Shown here: piece by piece, positions 1-12,565 of the stretch
How positions within the stretch are numbered: position 1 is the stretch's first letter
Layout of the letters: each line of letters starts with the position of its first letter
Origin: Tubulanus polymorphus
Taxonomy: Eukaryota > Animalia > Nemertea
Direction: 5' to 3'
Length of the DNA stretch: 64,000 nucleotides
Assembly: GCF_964204645.1 (NCBI RefSeq)
Contig: NC_134025.1
Coordinates: forward strand, 22,052,299 to 22,116,298
Translations under genes and position numbers: made by a program
Notes under the pieces: generated by a model
The model's input: the letters and a program-made list of their open reading frames with translations, nothing else
Told to the model about the DNA's origin: nothing
Database searches by the model: none

Positions 1-39
1 GGAGCCTTGAACGCTACTGTGGTGATCAAGGAATTACTG

Positions 40-168
40 GGCTCAGTTTCACGAAAAAGTTTAAGCCTAAAACGGTTAAGTTTGAATTGTTGTCCTCATT
101 GAAAACATGGAGTAACCATCGGCAATTACACCAAAAATTTGAGTTTAACTTTTTTGTGAAACCGAGCC
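40..168. mobile_element. PIF/Harbinger-like MITE with CTG target duplication
   Basis: TIRs GGCTCAGTTTCAC..GTGAAACCGAGCC, flanked by CTG at 37-39 and 169-171. Confidence 0.75.
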
Positions 169-629
169 CTGGGCTTGATAGTAGTTTTTAGCATAGTCTT
201 TCATGAGCAATTTCTTCTCCATTTCGATTAAAATTGAATGAACTTTTATTCATCAGTTGATTATCGATAAAAACTACACCAATGACCAGGTATAAACTTA
301 TAAATCCCTTTGGTGGGTCATGGGGTGATGTATAAATTTGGGAACCTCAAAATCCACTAATGAACTCATTTTGACAACAAGATGTCAGTGCTACAGTATT
401 CATTCAGAATAAACTTTGACTGCCAAAGATACTTTTTATCTGGTTTTGGACTTAAATCCCTGCAGGCTCAAGTTCTGAGTGTGGTGAGTTTCTAGGTCAT
501 TAAATACTCTATTTGATCGCCAGGGGTAGTCGTATATTGAAATCATCAAATTGATCAAGATCAAGCATTTCACCAGGTGGGTACGGTGTCGCTGGACCGC
601 TAGTTATTCACTTGTTTTTGCCATTTTAG

Positions 630-3600
630 TGAATCGAGACCTAAACTCGCTGAATATTCCCACGCATGATAGAAAACATCAACTACGCGCTAGAGAATTG
701 ATCAACAATGCCGCCGGACACATTCGTGAACTTACTCAAGGCCTGTCCAACTGGCATACTTACACCGAACAACGAACTAAAATCTATCCCTCAGATGAGG
801 CAAATGAACCGCTCAGTGATGTAAATAAGAAGGTAAATGTTTCCGATATTGCCTTCACACTAGCTAATTTTCCCATTTCGCAATTAGGCCTTCTTTCAAG
901 GGTAGAGATTTTCGCTAGGAAAAGAATGGAAGCGATTTGGGAAGAAATTGAGAATTATTATTTAGTTTGAGTATTTTCCGCATAATAGCTTGGAAGGAGT
1001 GCGGAAAACATTTTTTTTTAAAGAATGAAATTCATTTTGAATTTTATTCAAATGATGGAGAAACAAAGAACGTTTTACACATCATTGATTAGGTTGAAAA
1101 TGAAGATGGTAAAATTACGAGAAAATGATAACATGACTCAGGTTTTTTCATATGGTGTTTTTGGCAAAATTCCCATTAATACATCCCTGAGCAAAATGGG
1201 AAGACACCCATACCCGGCATTAAAAAGTGTTCCGGTATAATAGTAAACTCCCACAAGTTGTATCGCGTTTTATTGCTAATTTAAATATCATTCAGTATTT
1301 GAACATTTATTTTATCTTTGATCATTTGTTTTTCATTCATTAGTTGTCCACGTTTCTCCATGAGAATGCCAGCTATCTGCGCGCTCTTGAAGCTGCATTT
1401 CATCAGTTCCATGAAAGCCTCCGAGACGACGCCTTAACCACTCTCGTAAGTTTTCAGGTTACTAGCGATAACGGGGAAAATTCTTCATAACAGTAGCTTC
1501 GATGTTTCATATTATTGGTGTATAATCATTTTCAAGGAGACGTCCGTTGGATTGCAAAACTTTTCGGACAAATTTCGATGTTACGTGAATTATGTTTCCA
1601 AGTTGCATCCATACCAGTTATTAAGGTTAGTTTCAACATTGTACATGTATTTTGGGTTTTTTGATTGCATAGAGAGAATTGATACTCATATTTCTTATCA
1701 TAATACCGGAAGTAACAATGTATGCTTTTCTAGTGTTCTTCTTAGTTTATGTTTCAGAAAAATGAAGCCTTGCAGCTTTATTAGCATGTAATATGACAAA
1801 AACTTTCTTGTTGTCCTTACAGTTTAGAGGAAGAATGTGCTGTAGCCAGTTGTACATCGACGTTGAAGGCTAAAAACATGGAATTGCACTCAGCATTGCA
1901 ACGCTTCATGGCCGCGCTCAATAAATTGGAAACTCATACAGCTCTTATAGCTGCTCAGAGTATGTGTATGTAGATGAACTGGTATATTACTGTTGTCACT
2001 TATTTTATTCATATCTCGTTTGTTTTAGGTAAAAAGGGTTGCCATCATCCCAAATCGAATCAAGGGAAAATGTTCGCTCTGTTAACGGCCAGTCTTCACG
2101 GTTTCCATGAAGCCCTTAGAGGTAAAACTACAACTTCGTTCAACATATGTATATTCAATCAATTGACAAAATTATGGGCAGGAACATTTGCTGATTTGTT
2201 TTGTTTCATCGGAAAACAATTTCAGAGGTATCGAAACATTATAATTCCAAAGTTTCTCTCGAGCACCAGTTACCTACCGCAACGCAGAAACTGAAAACTA
2301 CAGATGAATGCGTTGTGTCCTCTTTAGTGTCTCTGGTCACTACGACAGGCAGGGTACGTAACTACTAGGCCTCTTTTGTTGTTCCATGGAGGTATAAGCT
2401 GGATATATGTCTGGCTATGTTTTCAGAAGCAATTACTTTAGCCAGGGCGATTTAAATGTTGTTCTGCTCAATTCGATGCAAGTGGAAATTCAAATTTCAG
2501 AAGGTGCTCCCCGGAAATATTGAATTATTTATTAAGTGGAATTCCACAAAACCATTTTGAAAGCACACTGTTTTCAAGAAGACGAATTTGTAGAGTATTT
2601 TGAAATAATTATTCTTACATTGTCTTCACCCGTATTTCTATCTACAGTTCAGTACATTCCTTGAAAGTAATTTAGATTTCTTCAGTACAATGGCTGGCTA
2701 TCGTACCCGTGGCAGCAGTATATCTACGAACGAATCAGAAGAGGGACCTAAATCTAATCCGGTTGTCAGTTTGTTCAGACAGCGTGCAGCAAACTATATA
2801 CAACTCATTAGCCGGGTAAGAATTCACATGAACCTCTATCACAGTTTGGGAAACGATATTATTTTCTCTTACTAAGGGGTTGGGTCTTTATGTTATTAGT
2901 AAACATAAAATATTGTCCAAATACGAGTGAACTGCATGATTAATTTCGTCTATTTTGATACATTTTTGATTGGTTTGAATAAAGTGATTGTCATTTTCAG
3001 CCATGTCCAGAATCGGTCCCATATAAAACCGCTCTTCAGAACAGACGCATACTCCTGAGTTCCACGGAAAGTCGTGATAGCTTAGCACAACAGGTAATGT
3101 ATCTTCAACACAGATGCATATATCAAATGCTTATGTACCGGGTATATGCAATATGTGATATCATTGCATAGGTGACCAGTTTACACGATAAAGTGTGCAA
3201 GTTGGAACAGGACAAGGAGCACTGGTTGTTGGAATCGCAGTTATTACAGATTAAGTACGAGAAAGAATTGAAGGTAAGATACATGTACTTTAGAAGAATT
3301 TTTACTCTACTCTTGTTTACTCTGCTTGTCGATGAAACCATTACTTATTACTCGGTCGTGCGGGGATTGGGAAATCTGGTCATCATACTTTTGTCGTATC
3401 CCTTAAATGTTCTCTTTGTGCCTCAGTTATTGCGGGTGAATTATTCGCTATATCTTCAAGACTTAATATTGCAATCCGTTTAGAGAGTGGGCGACCTGGA
3501 GCAACAATTGCAGAGATTACAGCGCAGTATGACAGGGTCTATTGAGGATAATCTACACATCGATTCAACAGCCGAACAGAGAAACAAATCGCTTTCAGTA

Positions 3601-4314
3601 TCATCAACATCCATAGATCCAACTATAGTAAGTTCTTCTTCCTTCGTGTGTTTCGAAAATTAACAATGGCATCTAGACTGCTGTGTCAAAAAGTGTTATC
3701 GTAGTATACTGGTTAATCTTGTCTTTCATAGATCGGTACATTGGTAAAAGAGGGAATCGAAGATGATGATGTGCAAACTCGCGAGGAACTGATTAAAAAC
3801 CATTATACAGCACGTATTACCAGTCTTACAAATCAGCTACAGGTGGCTGAAAGTAAGGCTGTTAATTTCCATGCTGAGGTAAGTGACAATCTTGAAACAC
3901 CTATCAGTAATCAACCTCTCAAATTTTCTTTTCTAGGTAGTTACTGTGTCATTTGATTTCATTGGCCAGGTATATAGATGTAGGAAAAATTTCCATCAGC
4001 AAATTATATGGAATATTTTTCCCCCACTATGTAGGATGTATTATAAGCCTGAAGCATCAATTCTTTCATCTCCCTGTTAATCTAGGAAAAAAATTGATTG
4101 AATATTGACTGTTTTCATTTATTTTCTAGTGTCGAGCTCTTCATAAAAGATTGAGCGCTGCTGAAAAGTCGAAAAGTGTTAATCTGACTGATTTAGATAG
4201 TACTACTCAAGAAGTATCCCAGTTAAAGGTACTTAGTTAAGCATTGATAATTTACTCTCAAACAGTATGGATGAGTGGTTGGAACATCTGTAGTTTTCTT
4301 AGACCTAACTCTTA

Positions 4315-4348
<34 letters not shown>

Positions 4349-5105
4349 CGTTATTATTATTATTATTATTATTATCCTCATTGCCTTTGTCCTCCTAGGA
4401 GATGATGGTTACAGAGTAAATAGCCTAGGGCCAATAATCATATGAGCAGATTATGCGTAACTTTCCCTTTCTCCACCGAATAAATTGCGTTCCAGGTCCT
4501 GATGTTTAAATCAAATGATAAAGATACGTCTTCATTTCCTAGGACGAGCTGCAAACTACGAAACGAAGTTACGAAAGCCAACTTAGTCTAATGAGTGAGC
4601 ATATAGCTGGTTTGAATGATAAACTGACAACACAAAAAGATGAGATTGATGCTCTAAAATTATTACTTAATTCACACTCTAAGGTAAATACGGTATAGGT
4701 TTTATGGTTTTGAGGTATATCTTTTTGTATTCATCTTAAATCCAGGGTACAAATAGACTGATTATTTATTTGCACAAATCATCATAAAAACTTCATAAAT
4801 TATCCCTGGGTAAAAGATAAATTAGATTTTCATTGTCATTTAAAATAGTTGATCGAAGAATGATCATTGTTTTGAGCAACTAAGTTAGGGTCCAGCTCAC
4901 AAAACATAACTGAATTCAATATGAAGTGAAGAAATTAGATTGATTTAAGATAGTAGGATATTTTTGAAACCCAGTCTCAGTGAACGTTCATATTTATATG
5001 AAATTATCAATGAAACATTGATGAAAATATGAAAAATTGGCATTTCTTATAAAAGGATATATATTCTTTATTTTTCAGGGTAGTCGAAACCTCAAACGCA
5101 AATAA
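630..5105 (+). CDS. PPP1R21: Protein phosphatase 1 regulatory subunit 21 (KLRAQ/TTKRSYEDQ coiled-coil protein, FERRY subunit), 5'-truncated multi-exon gene
   Basis: GT-AG exons (630-832, 1344-1445, ~1537-1625, 1822-1960, ..., 3172-3273, 3732-3878, 4130-4228, 4543-4683, 5079-5105) encode LNIPTHDRKHQLRAR..NWHTYTEQRTKIYP, LEEECA, LEQDKEHWLLESQL, REELIKNHYTARITSLTNQLQVAESKAVNFHAECRAL and DELQTTKRSYESQLSLMSEH. These match PPP1R21 including the TTKRSYEDQ signature. Last exon GSRNLKRK*. The 5' exons lie upstream of the window. Confidence 0.93.
4316..4375. repeat. (ATT)n microsatellite in a PPP1R21 intron
   Basis: About 19 near-perfect ATT units with one interruption. Confidence 0.95.
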
Positions 5106-5876
5106 GGTTGCATCCAGAACCGAGAAATAAAATAAAATACTGACAATAAAGAGCTTGATAGGCAACATTCATGTATACATATATATTTATCATACGGCCG
5201 AATATAATGTAATTAGATACATTTACCACCAAACAATCCTCGGTAAACAACCATCTTATTAATGTTGATTTTATAGTTGTAGATTTTATTGCCTCACATG
5301 AAGACTTTATTGCCTCACATAAAGACAATAGCATCTCCCCTGAAAAAAGCACTAGACTTTTTCAAATATGTTATTATTTCAGCATATGAACTGTTGATTT
5401 GACTTAGCGAGTCAAATTGGTTCGATTATTTGGCCTATCGATGGGGTTTTGTACCATAAAGGACATGTGTTTTGAAGTCAAAAGGACGGGTTCTTAACCC
5501 TACTCAGTTTATGTGACTTCAAATAGAGACTTAAAGCTGGTTACTCGAATTAATGTACATGTAGTGTGTATTCTATCCCAATTTTTCTAATCCATGTACT
5601 GGTATCTATATTTGTTAATTCATTAGTTAGAAATATCTCATCGTAGATATCACAGTTATTCATATAACTATGTACTGTGTTAAATGTGAGGTAGTCTGAT
5701 TAGTAAGGGATCTATCGCTGTAAAGACCTTATTTGTTTCTATGTACCTAGTAATTGATTACCGTTATGGTCTTCGTATGTTTGATAAGTTATCACAAAAT
5801 GTCGGTTCGACATCGACAGCATAATCTAGTCAAAAATTCTCAAACTTTTCGGTCATTTTGGCAATATCATTTTCAC

Positions 5877-6069
5877 TAGAGTGGAACCTCGTTATAACGA
5901 ACTCGATTACAATAATACGTGTATAACATTCATTTGGATGTAACAAATATAGAATTTTTGTCCCAAGTAGGAAAATTTGATTAATTTCATACTGGATATA
6001 ACGAACTATCGGTTATAAAGAACATATTTTCTGGTCTGATAAAGTTCGCTGTAACGAGGTTCCGCTGTA
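5877..6069. mobile_element. Tc1/mariner (Tigger/pogo-like) MITE
   Basis: TA-GAGTGGAACCTCGTTATAACG ... GTAACGAGGTTCCGCTG-TA terminal inverted repeats. A related copy lies at ~35172-35309. Confidence 0.7.
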
Positions 6070-6779
6070 TCATTTTCGTTTGTTACACATTTGTACTTGC
6101 CGAATGGACAGTATATTTTTTAATGTTTAGATCAAAAATAATTGTTTAATTTTGAAATTCAATCCGGTTATCATTGTTCATGGTGTAAAATTGAAATTAT
6201 GGATGATTATTAAAATATATATCAAATATAAAATTTGAATCTTTGGTTTTCTTAATTTATCATCATCCACCTCTTCCACCAAAGTTTGTTGTGTTCATTG
6301 ATGAAGTAGGCAGAGTACGTATCGGTCGTTAATGCCTTAAAAACAAGATTTGTAATTTATGAAATGTTTCAAATTCAATATACATGTAAAAACAATCCGG
6401 GCGTGTGATTATCTTAGGCAATCAGTTCCATAGCAAGCAGAGTCCACTTGCTATATATACCGTAGAAAAAAAGCGTGGAAACATGATGTAATTGATTAAA
6501 AGATGAAAATGATTTTTTCAACTAGTAAGAATTTATTGTCATCCATTTGAAAACAATTTCAAATTTCGCTGAAGTGAACAGAAACCACTTAAAGCACATT
6601 TAATTACTACACCCATAATATTCATCAACAAAAAAATAACATATAGCAACATTGATTATATACGAAAGTAAAAAGATAAAAATATAACGGCAGAAACCGT
6701 GGCTGCATCAAATCCTTAAATACATCAAAGTTATAAAATTTGAAATGATAACTCAATAGGTTATTTATCAACTGTTGGT

Positions 6780-9700
6780 TTAATTCATCTCTGGTGAAAA
6801 AGTAGTAGTGGACACATTGATGATCGGGTAAAAATCGTGACCCTGCTCATACAATCGCGTAAATGAGATGTCCATTGTCGAGGCGAGTGGCGCTTCTTCA
6901 ATGAATTCCTGTCGTTGATCTTGAGTATGCTGAAGACATTCTCCCTTCATCGCTTCGGCGTACGTCTGAGCCTTTTGCCTGCAAAAGCATTGCGATGTCA
7001 AAATCATTCAAAAATCACAAAATTTTCTTGGCGAATGAGGAAGTGAGGAAGGTGAGAAAACAGACCTGTAAGGTTCTTGTTCCTGTGGGGACATCTTTCT
7101 CCAAGTTTGTCCCAAGAGTTTGCTTACTTGTGCAGTAGGCATTCCTTTATTTGCCCTGAAAGTAATATTTGTTCTTCAAGATATAACAGAAAAGATATTA
7201 GATGAGAGGTTGACGTTTCATTTTCAAAAACGCTTTTGGAAATGACCGATAAAATTGGACCGAAACGTAAAATACTCATTTAGTTTTTTCTAATTATATT
7301 GTGGGTTTTCACTCCACGTTTGATAGTATGTAATGAAAAAAAAAACTAACATGATATAATCTCTTCGATGCAACCTACTGAACATCATAAAACCGTTCAT
7401 CCATGATGTTTTCCTCAAGTCGACCTTATTCTGTTTTGCATCATCCCTAAGACTTCAATTGCAATACGACGAGAAAATCAATTAACATATATACATGATA
7501 TACCGAAACGCGTGAATTTGATGATGATCAATGAATATTTCGATGTTTTAAGATAATCTTTAACAACCTACCCGTTCATTTCGACGACAGCTTCCTGCGA
7601 ATGCTCGTCGTTACGATCTAGAAATATATAGAAGAATAGATAAATGGACTTAGATTTAGTAAAACAGTATGTCCTTCTTTCTCGATACTGGTCAACTCAG
7701 AAAACCGCTTATTTGGTAGTATTTATATCAGGGTTTCAGTGCCTTAAATTTCGAAGTACAGCCTATTGGCTTGCACTGTATCCCTCGGAACCAACATCTT
7801 GTATAAATATTAGAAACAATTTTTTCATTTATATTGTATGTACGGTTTACGAAAAATGAATATCTATCTATCTATCAAAGGTGATAGAATTGCATTTCTA
7901 TTCTCGCAGCGATCAGAAACGGTTTGATTCCAATATGTTGGTAAACCTGTGAAATTGTCAAAATTATCATGTACAGAACATCCAGGCGCGGATCCAGGGT
8001 CATTTAGTGACTGTCTCACAACATAATAAATCCCGTAGTACCCGCACGCGCTTTGGTTTGCGGATACAACGGGATTTATTACAACGAACTAAACCTTTGT
8101 CTTTATATATAATTTTAGTTTTATTGGCAACTAAAAATTTTTTAAAGCAGCTCTGACTGTCGCACGTGCGGCAATTGCGACAGCGTGGATCCGCGCCTGA
8201 CATCTCAAAACTGACCTGACGAATCAGGTTCGATTCCTCGAGTTCTAGTAGTTGTCTTCCATTTATCCGGTTGTTGGTGAATGTACCTTCCCACGTCGTA
8301 ATACTGGTACTGTGGAGAGTCCGGTGGAAATTTCAGCTTTCTCTTCATCGAACAACCCCGTCTAAGATTTGAATCTTCCACCGCCACACCGTCGACTGCT
8401 CGACTCGAATGCAGCAAATCTTGGATACCGTCGTGTCGACCATCGACGCAACACGATTTCGACGTATTGTGTACGACATCGAATTCCATCGGTTCGTAAC
8501 TCAGCCCAGTGCAATTATTCGTTGTCACGTCCTGGCTCCATTCGGGCTCGACTTTGATACGCTTTGATAAGGTACACAACTTATCCACTGGCGAAAGTAA
8601 ACAGCTTTCTTGACTCTGAAAATATGAAATTTTGAAGTGCATAAAATGCCTCCCCCTGACCCTGTCCTTGTCCCTCTCTCCACGCTGAATTGAAATTCGT
8701 GATGCAATGCATGGAATTATCAATTTTTCATTCATAAAACCTGATTTCCTTTATCGTCTGGTTCCATGCCGATAAGAGAATTGTGGAAGAGGGTTTGCCA
8801 CTGGTCCGGATCCCAGCTACCAGCTTTCAGTGGATTGCGCAACGTGTCGTCTAACGACGGCATCGAATGAAACGGTTCGTGCCAATATTCGACCAAGGGG
8901 TCTTGTTGGCTCGTCGGCAAACTGATCGAAGACGCCTGGCTAGCACCAAAACTCGTCGTTGTAGAATCGACAGTTGGCGAGGATAGCTTGTATCGTTTGA
9001 ATGGAAGTTCGCGCATTTCTTTTCGCTTCATATAAAAGGAAATAAGAGAAAAGCGAATGAGACAAATCTAATTGAGACAGGGCGATTGATTTCCATTCTA
9101 TAACAATTCATTTCCACCTCTTTTACACAAATTGATAAATCCGGCACTTCAGCAGTAGTATGTTCAGGCGCCTTATTGTTGTCACCTCTTGCTAAATTAC
9201 ACAGAGAAATAGAAATGTGAGTCAGTAATTCATAGTGACACTCTTTAATTCATTTTTCGTCTTCAAATCATTAATGATTACCGCTCATACCTTCGTTTGA
9301 AGCGACGAGATGTAAAAAGATACGCTCGGCTTCTTGAGGCAAGTCAAGACCCAACATTTCCACTAAATGGATGAGGCATTCTTCCAGAAAGCATGTATAG
9401 TTTATGATTTTTCGCAGCATCTCTATCTGAATGAGCGGCACGAGTTTGACATGTAAAATGTTTGGATCAATTACGTCACTGCATGTGTTGGACAAAAAAG
9501 TTGGATTCGAAAATGAATGTCAGAGTTTAGTACCGTACCTTTGTTTCTTTCACAGAGTGAGCCGGATCAGGCCTTGGGACCAATGATGAAATCTGTTGTA
9601 AGATTGCATTCAAACTATGGTGACGACTCCTGTAATAGAGACTCTATGTTTTTCATTTCTATCAGAATTTTCTTTGCCTCCCACGACGAGTTACTCAAAT

Positions 9701-10458
9701 TGTATCTAATATCAGCTAGGCCGGGGCAGCGTGGTGTTTGTTCGCTTACATCCGGTAATAAGCGGAATTATTTGACATGGAAAATAACCACCATCAAGGA
9801 TAAGGACCCAGTCTTTTAATACCTTATGTTGACGAATATATGTTATCGCCTTTGTTTCCGAATATAAACTGGTTAACGTGAAACATGATTTGAATCCCCC
9901 CCCCCCCAAATAAACTGACCTTTCGTTATCCCTGTGCTGTTTTTGAAGTCTATCCCATGTTCTTGGCGAGTAACGAGCTTTCGCTTGTTGCACTTTTGCA
10001 ATCGGTGTTTTCAAACCACTCTCTTCTTTGGTTGCCTTCGTTTTCGATGTTTCTTGCTGATCGTTGCTTACAACATCTAAATTGATTGACTTCGTGATAT
10101 CTTCGGGGTTTGGAGAAAAGTCGGGCGTTTCCTCATTTGTTGGATTGAGCAAAGCCCTTGAATCATCATTAGGAATTTTAACCGCATCTAAATTCCGTAG
10201 CTCCTCGTCAGCAGCTTGCACGCGAAATTGAACGTTGACTTGATTTTGGAGGGGACAATTAGTGGCTGGATTCGAATTATCTGACGCAATTGTATGCACG
10301 ATGCCGGTGCTGGGAATTGTCAACTGATTATTTGCTTGTTGTTGTAACTGTGTTATGAACTGGTTCAGTTGCTGCGCCGGTTGATGGATGAACGTGGTTA
10401 CAGGCGGATTATTAGTTTCATCCAAACTAATCGTGTTGGGAACTACTTGAAAGACCGA
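6780..10458 (-). CDS. MEIOSIN: bHLH + HMG-box transcription factor, MEIOSIN/BHMG1-like (5' end uncertain, possibly ~11760)
   Basis: Phase-consistent GT-AG exons on the minus strand. Exons 10458-9920, 9629-9539 and 9426-9291 give the bHLH RLQKQHRDNERSRHHSLNAILQQISSLVPRPDPAHSVKETKIEMLRKIINYTCFLEECL. Middle exons lie at ~9025-8741, ~8615-8216 and 7617-7572. Exons 7446-7351, 7155-7066 and 6978-6780 give the HMG box WMNGFMMFSRLHRRDYIMANKGMPTAQVSKLLGQTWRKMSPQEQEPYRQKAQTYAE, followed by the stop. The domain architecture is secure; the gene symbol rests on architecture and recalled similarity to the MEIOSIN HMG box (VNGFIMFCRMNRKQYI). Confidence 0.75.
7983..8199. mobile_element. MITE with CAGGCGCGGATCCA TIRs and 5-bp TSD, inside a MEIOSIN-like intron
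   Basis: CAGGCGCGGATCCA ... TGGATCCGCGCCTG, with ACATC directly repeated on both sides (7978-7982, 8200-8204). Degenerate relatives at ~19005-19220, ~26034-26255, ~48936-49198 and ~56405-56712. Confidence 0.75.
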
Positions 10459-12364
10459 CTGAAAAATGAATGATTACAAACTGAGTCTACCATCAAGGCC
10501 AACCAGTGTTGAGTTTCTCTTGAAGATGTAGCGACGGCCGAAAATGTTGTCTCCATCATCTAAAACTGCTGTGGATCATCGGAATTTGTCTCCTCGTTAT
10601 GATAAACTGAGAAGTTCCACACTAGAATCCACAATTCATCTTCCAGTTTCAACTAATCGTTTAACTCTTAAATCGATTCAGTTACTTCATTAATTCAATG
10701 TGTCTTAAAATAGATTTAGGTGTTATCCTTTTGTGGAACTGGACCCGCTGTCAATTAGTTTGACTCCAGATTGAGTTAAGAGGCTGTGTAAAATGCCCAT
10801 AGGACTGTCCAAAACAAGGACTGAAAATAAGCTGAGCTAGTAATTAAGTATACTGAGTCGCTCCAGAAGGATAGGTTTTATTTTCTTTTATTTACATGTG
10901 GCCAACAAAAGATGATCGAGATTTTGTAATTTTAAACATTTTACAATAAAAACATGTGCATTTACATTTACTTGTAGTTTGAACACCTGTTTCCATCAGA
11001 TATAGATATAACCAACACTCGCTTCATCATAAATATATACTATAGATCCAATCAATACACGATATTCATGAGACATATAGAGAGAATTCAACAGTACTGC
11101 CCAGTGTGAAGAATGAAGAAGGCGGCGAATAATTATGATAAACTAATAGTTAGTAAGTAAAAAAAGCCGTCTCATGGAAGTCATCAACGCCTAGAAGAGA
11201 TTAGTTTTGAATACTGTCTAGGGGATTATGGTGTTGTGAATTAAAACAGATCGTACACGTATCTGTCCCGGATGTGCATCGTGAAACATATGCATTGCAA
11301 AGGCTATAATACACTTAGATAAATTCAGGATCCAGGGTATTGTCAGATTATACTTTAGGTGCGGTTCCAGCTGAGACTTGTCCAAAAATCTGCTTGCTAC
11401 GTCGTGAAAATGAGCAAGGCCCTTGTGGCCCTATTGTTTATCTAAGTCTAGGTCTTCACTCCGAAACTGTTTCTGACGTTGGTCCTATCGTCGTAATCCA
11501 ATGAGGACATACGATTTCTAGGATCAGAACAGTCCTATATATAAGCCTCTAGTCCTCTAGAACATCAGAATGAATTTCGATGGACTGGAAGAGCGCCTTA
11601 TGTTACTTTTGAGGCACATCTTCTTTTAATACCTGAACTGTACATGGCGTCAACTTTGAACTTGTCTTCAGGAAGGCAGATTTCGGTAGACTTTTAGTAG
11701 CGATGCCTAGTTTATTCCATGGCTTCTGAAATCGATTATAAGATGATGACATTGCAATGGATTGGGAAAAGAGGTGTTTGATATGAATGCACCTGAGCAA
11801 AGGATCAATTACTCGGACTCAGTTTCGCTTATTTACCAAAACTCCAAGATGAATGAAATGGGTTTTGTATTCAACTTTTGAACTGTTGGTTTTCGGCTCT
11901 CCTTGAACTATAAACCTTTTCGACATTTTTATCAGCCTGAAAAAGAGGAATAATATATAATATCATGAGCTGTCAATGTGATTCCTCCAGGCTGGAGATT
12001 TTGATACTCGTAATTTTGTCTAACTAAGCCTGTACTGGAGGCGGGAATCGCTTTGCCCGTCGTTTTGCCAGGCCCATGGTCGAAAATGTAGCACATAGAT
12101 TGAGAGCTTGACACGCACAATGATGAGTGAGACCAGTGGCAATTCCCGCATATTATTTTGGTATCTAAAAAACACTTTAGTACTTTAGATACCGGGGCAC
12201 ATCCCTCCTCCGACAATTATATCATCTGGTCGTGTCCAAATGGCAACAAGCGCCATATCAACAAACTGTCAGGACATGTCATTGTAATAATGTCAACCTC
12301 GCAATGACGAAAATAGATAGGCCTAGGGGCGAGTGAGTGTGTAATGTGAAATGATAAAAGTCAG

Positions 12365-12474
12365 GATCTAGTTCCACATTTGTTAGTTAGAGTTAACTGC
12401 TGAGTTAAAGTTAGTTCATTTTCAATGAGTTAACTCTGAGTCAAAAACTTAACTCAGAACTGTGGAACTGGGCC
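12365..12474. mobile_element. PIF/Harbinger-like MITE with CAG target duplication
   Basis: GATCTAGTTCCACA ... TGTGGAACTGGGCC flanked by CAG on both sides. A same-family copy lies at ~34572-34669. Confidence 0.75.
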
Positions 12475-12565
12475 CAGCATGTTTGTTGAATATATAATTT
12501 CTAATGATAAGTGAGATTAAGAAAATTCGTTTTTCCTCCTCTCCGTGCCGATTATTGATCACGAT

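Noticed and set aside
11603-12216. Independent minus-strand genes
   Set aside because: No domains. The ~11760-11634 segment could be a phase-0 first exon of the MEIOSIN-like gene, but this cannot be established from sequence alone.
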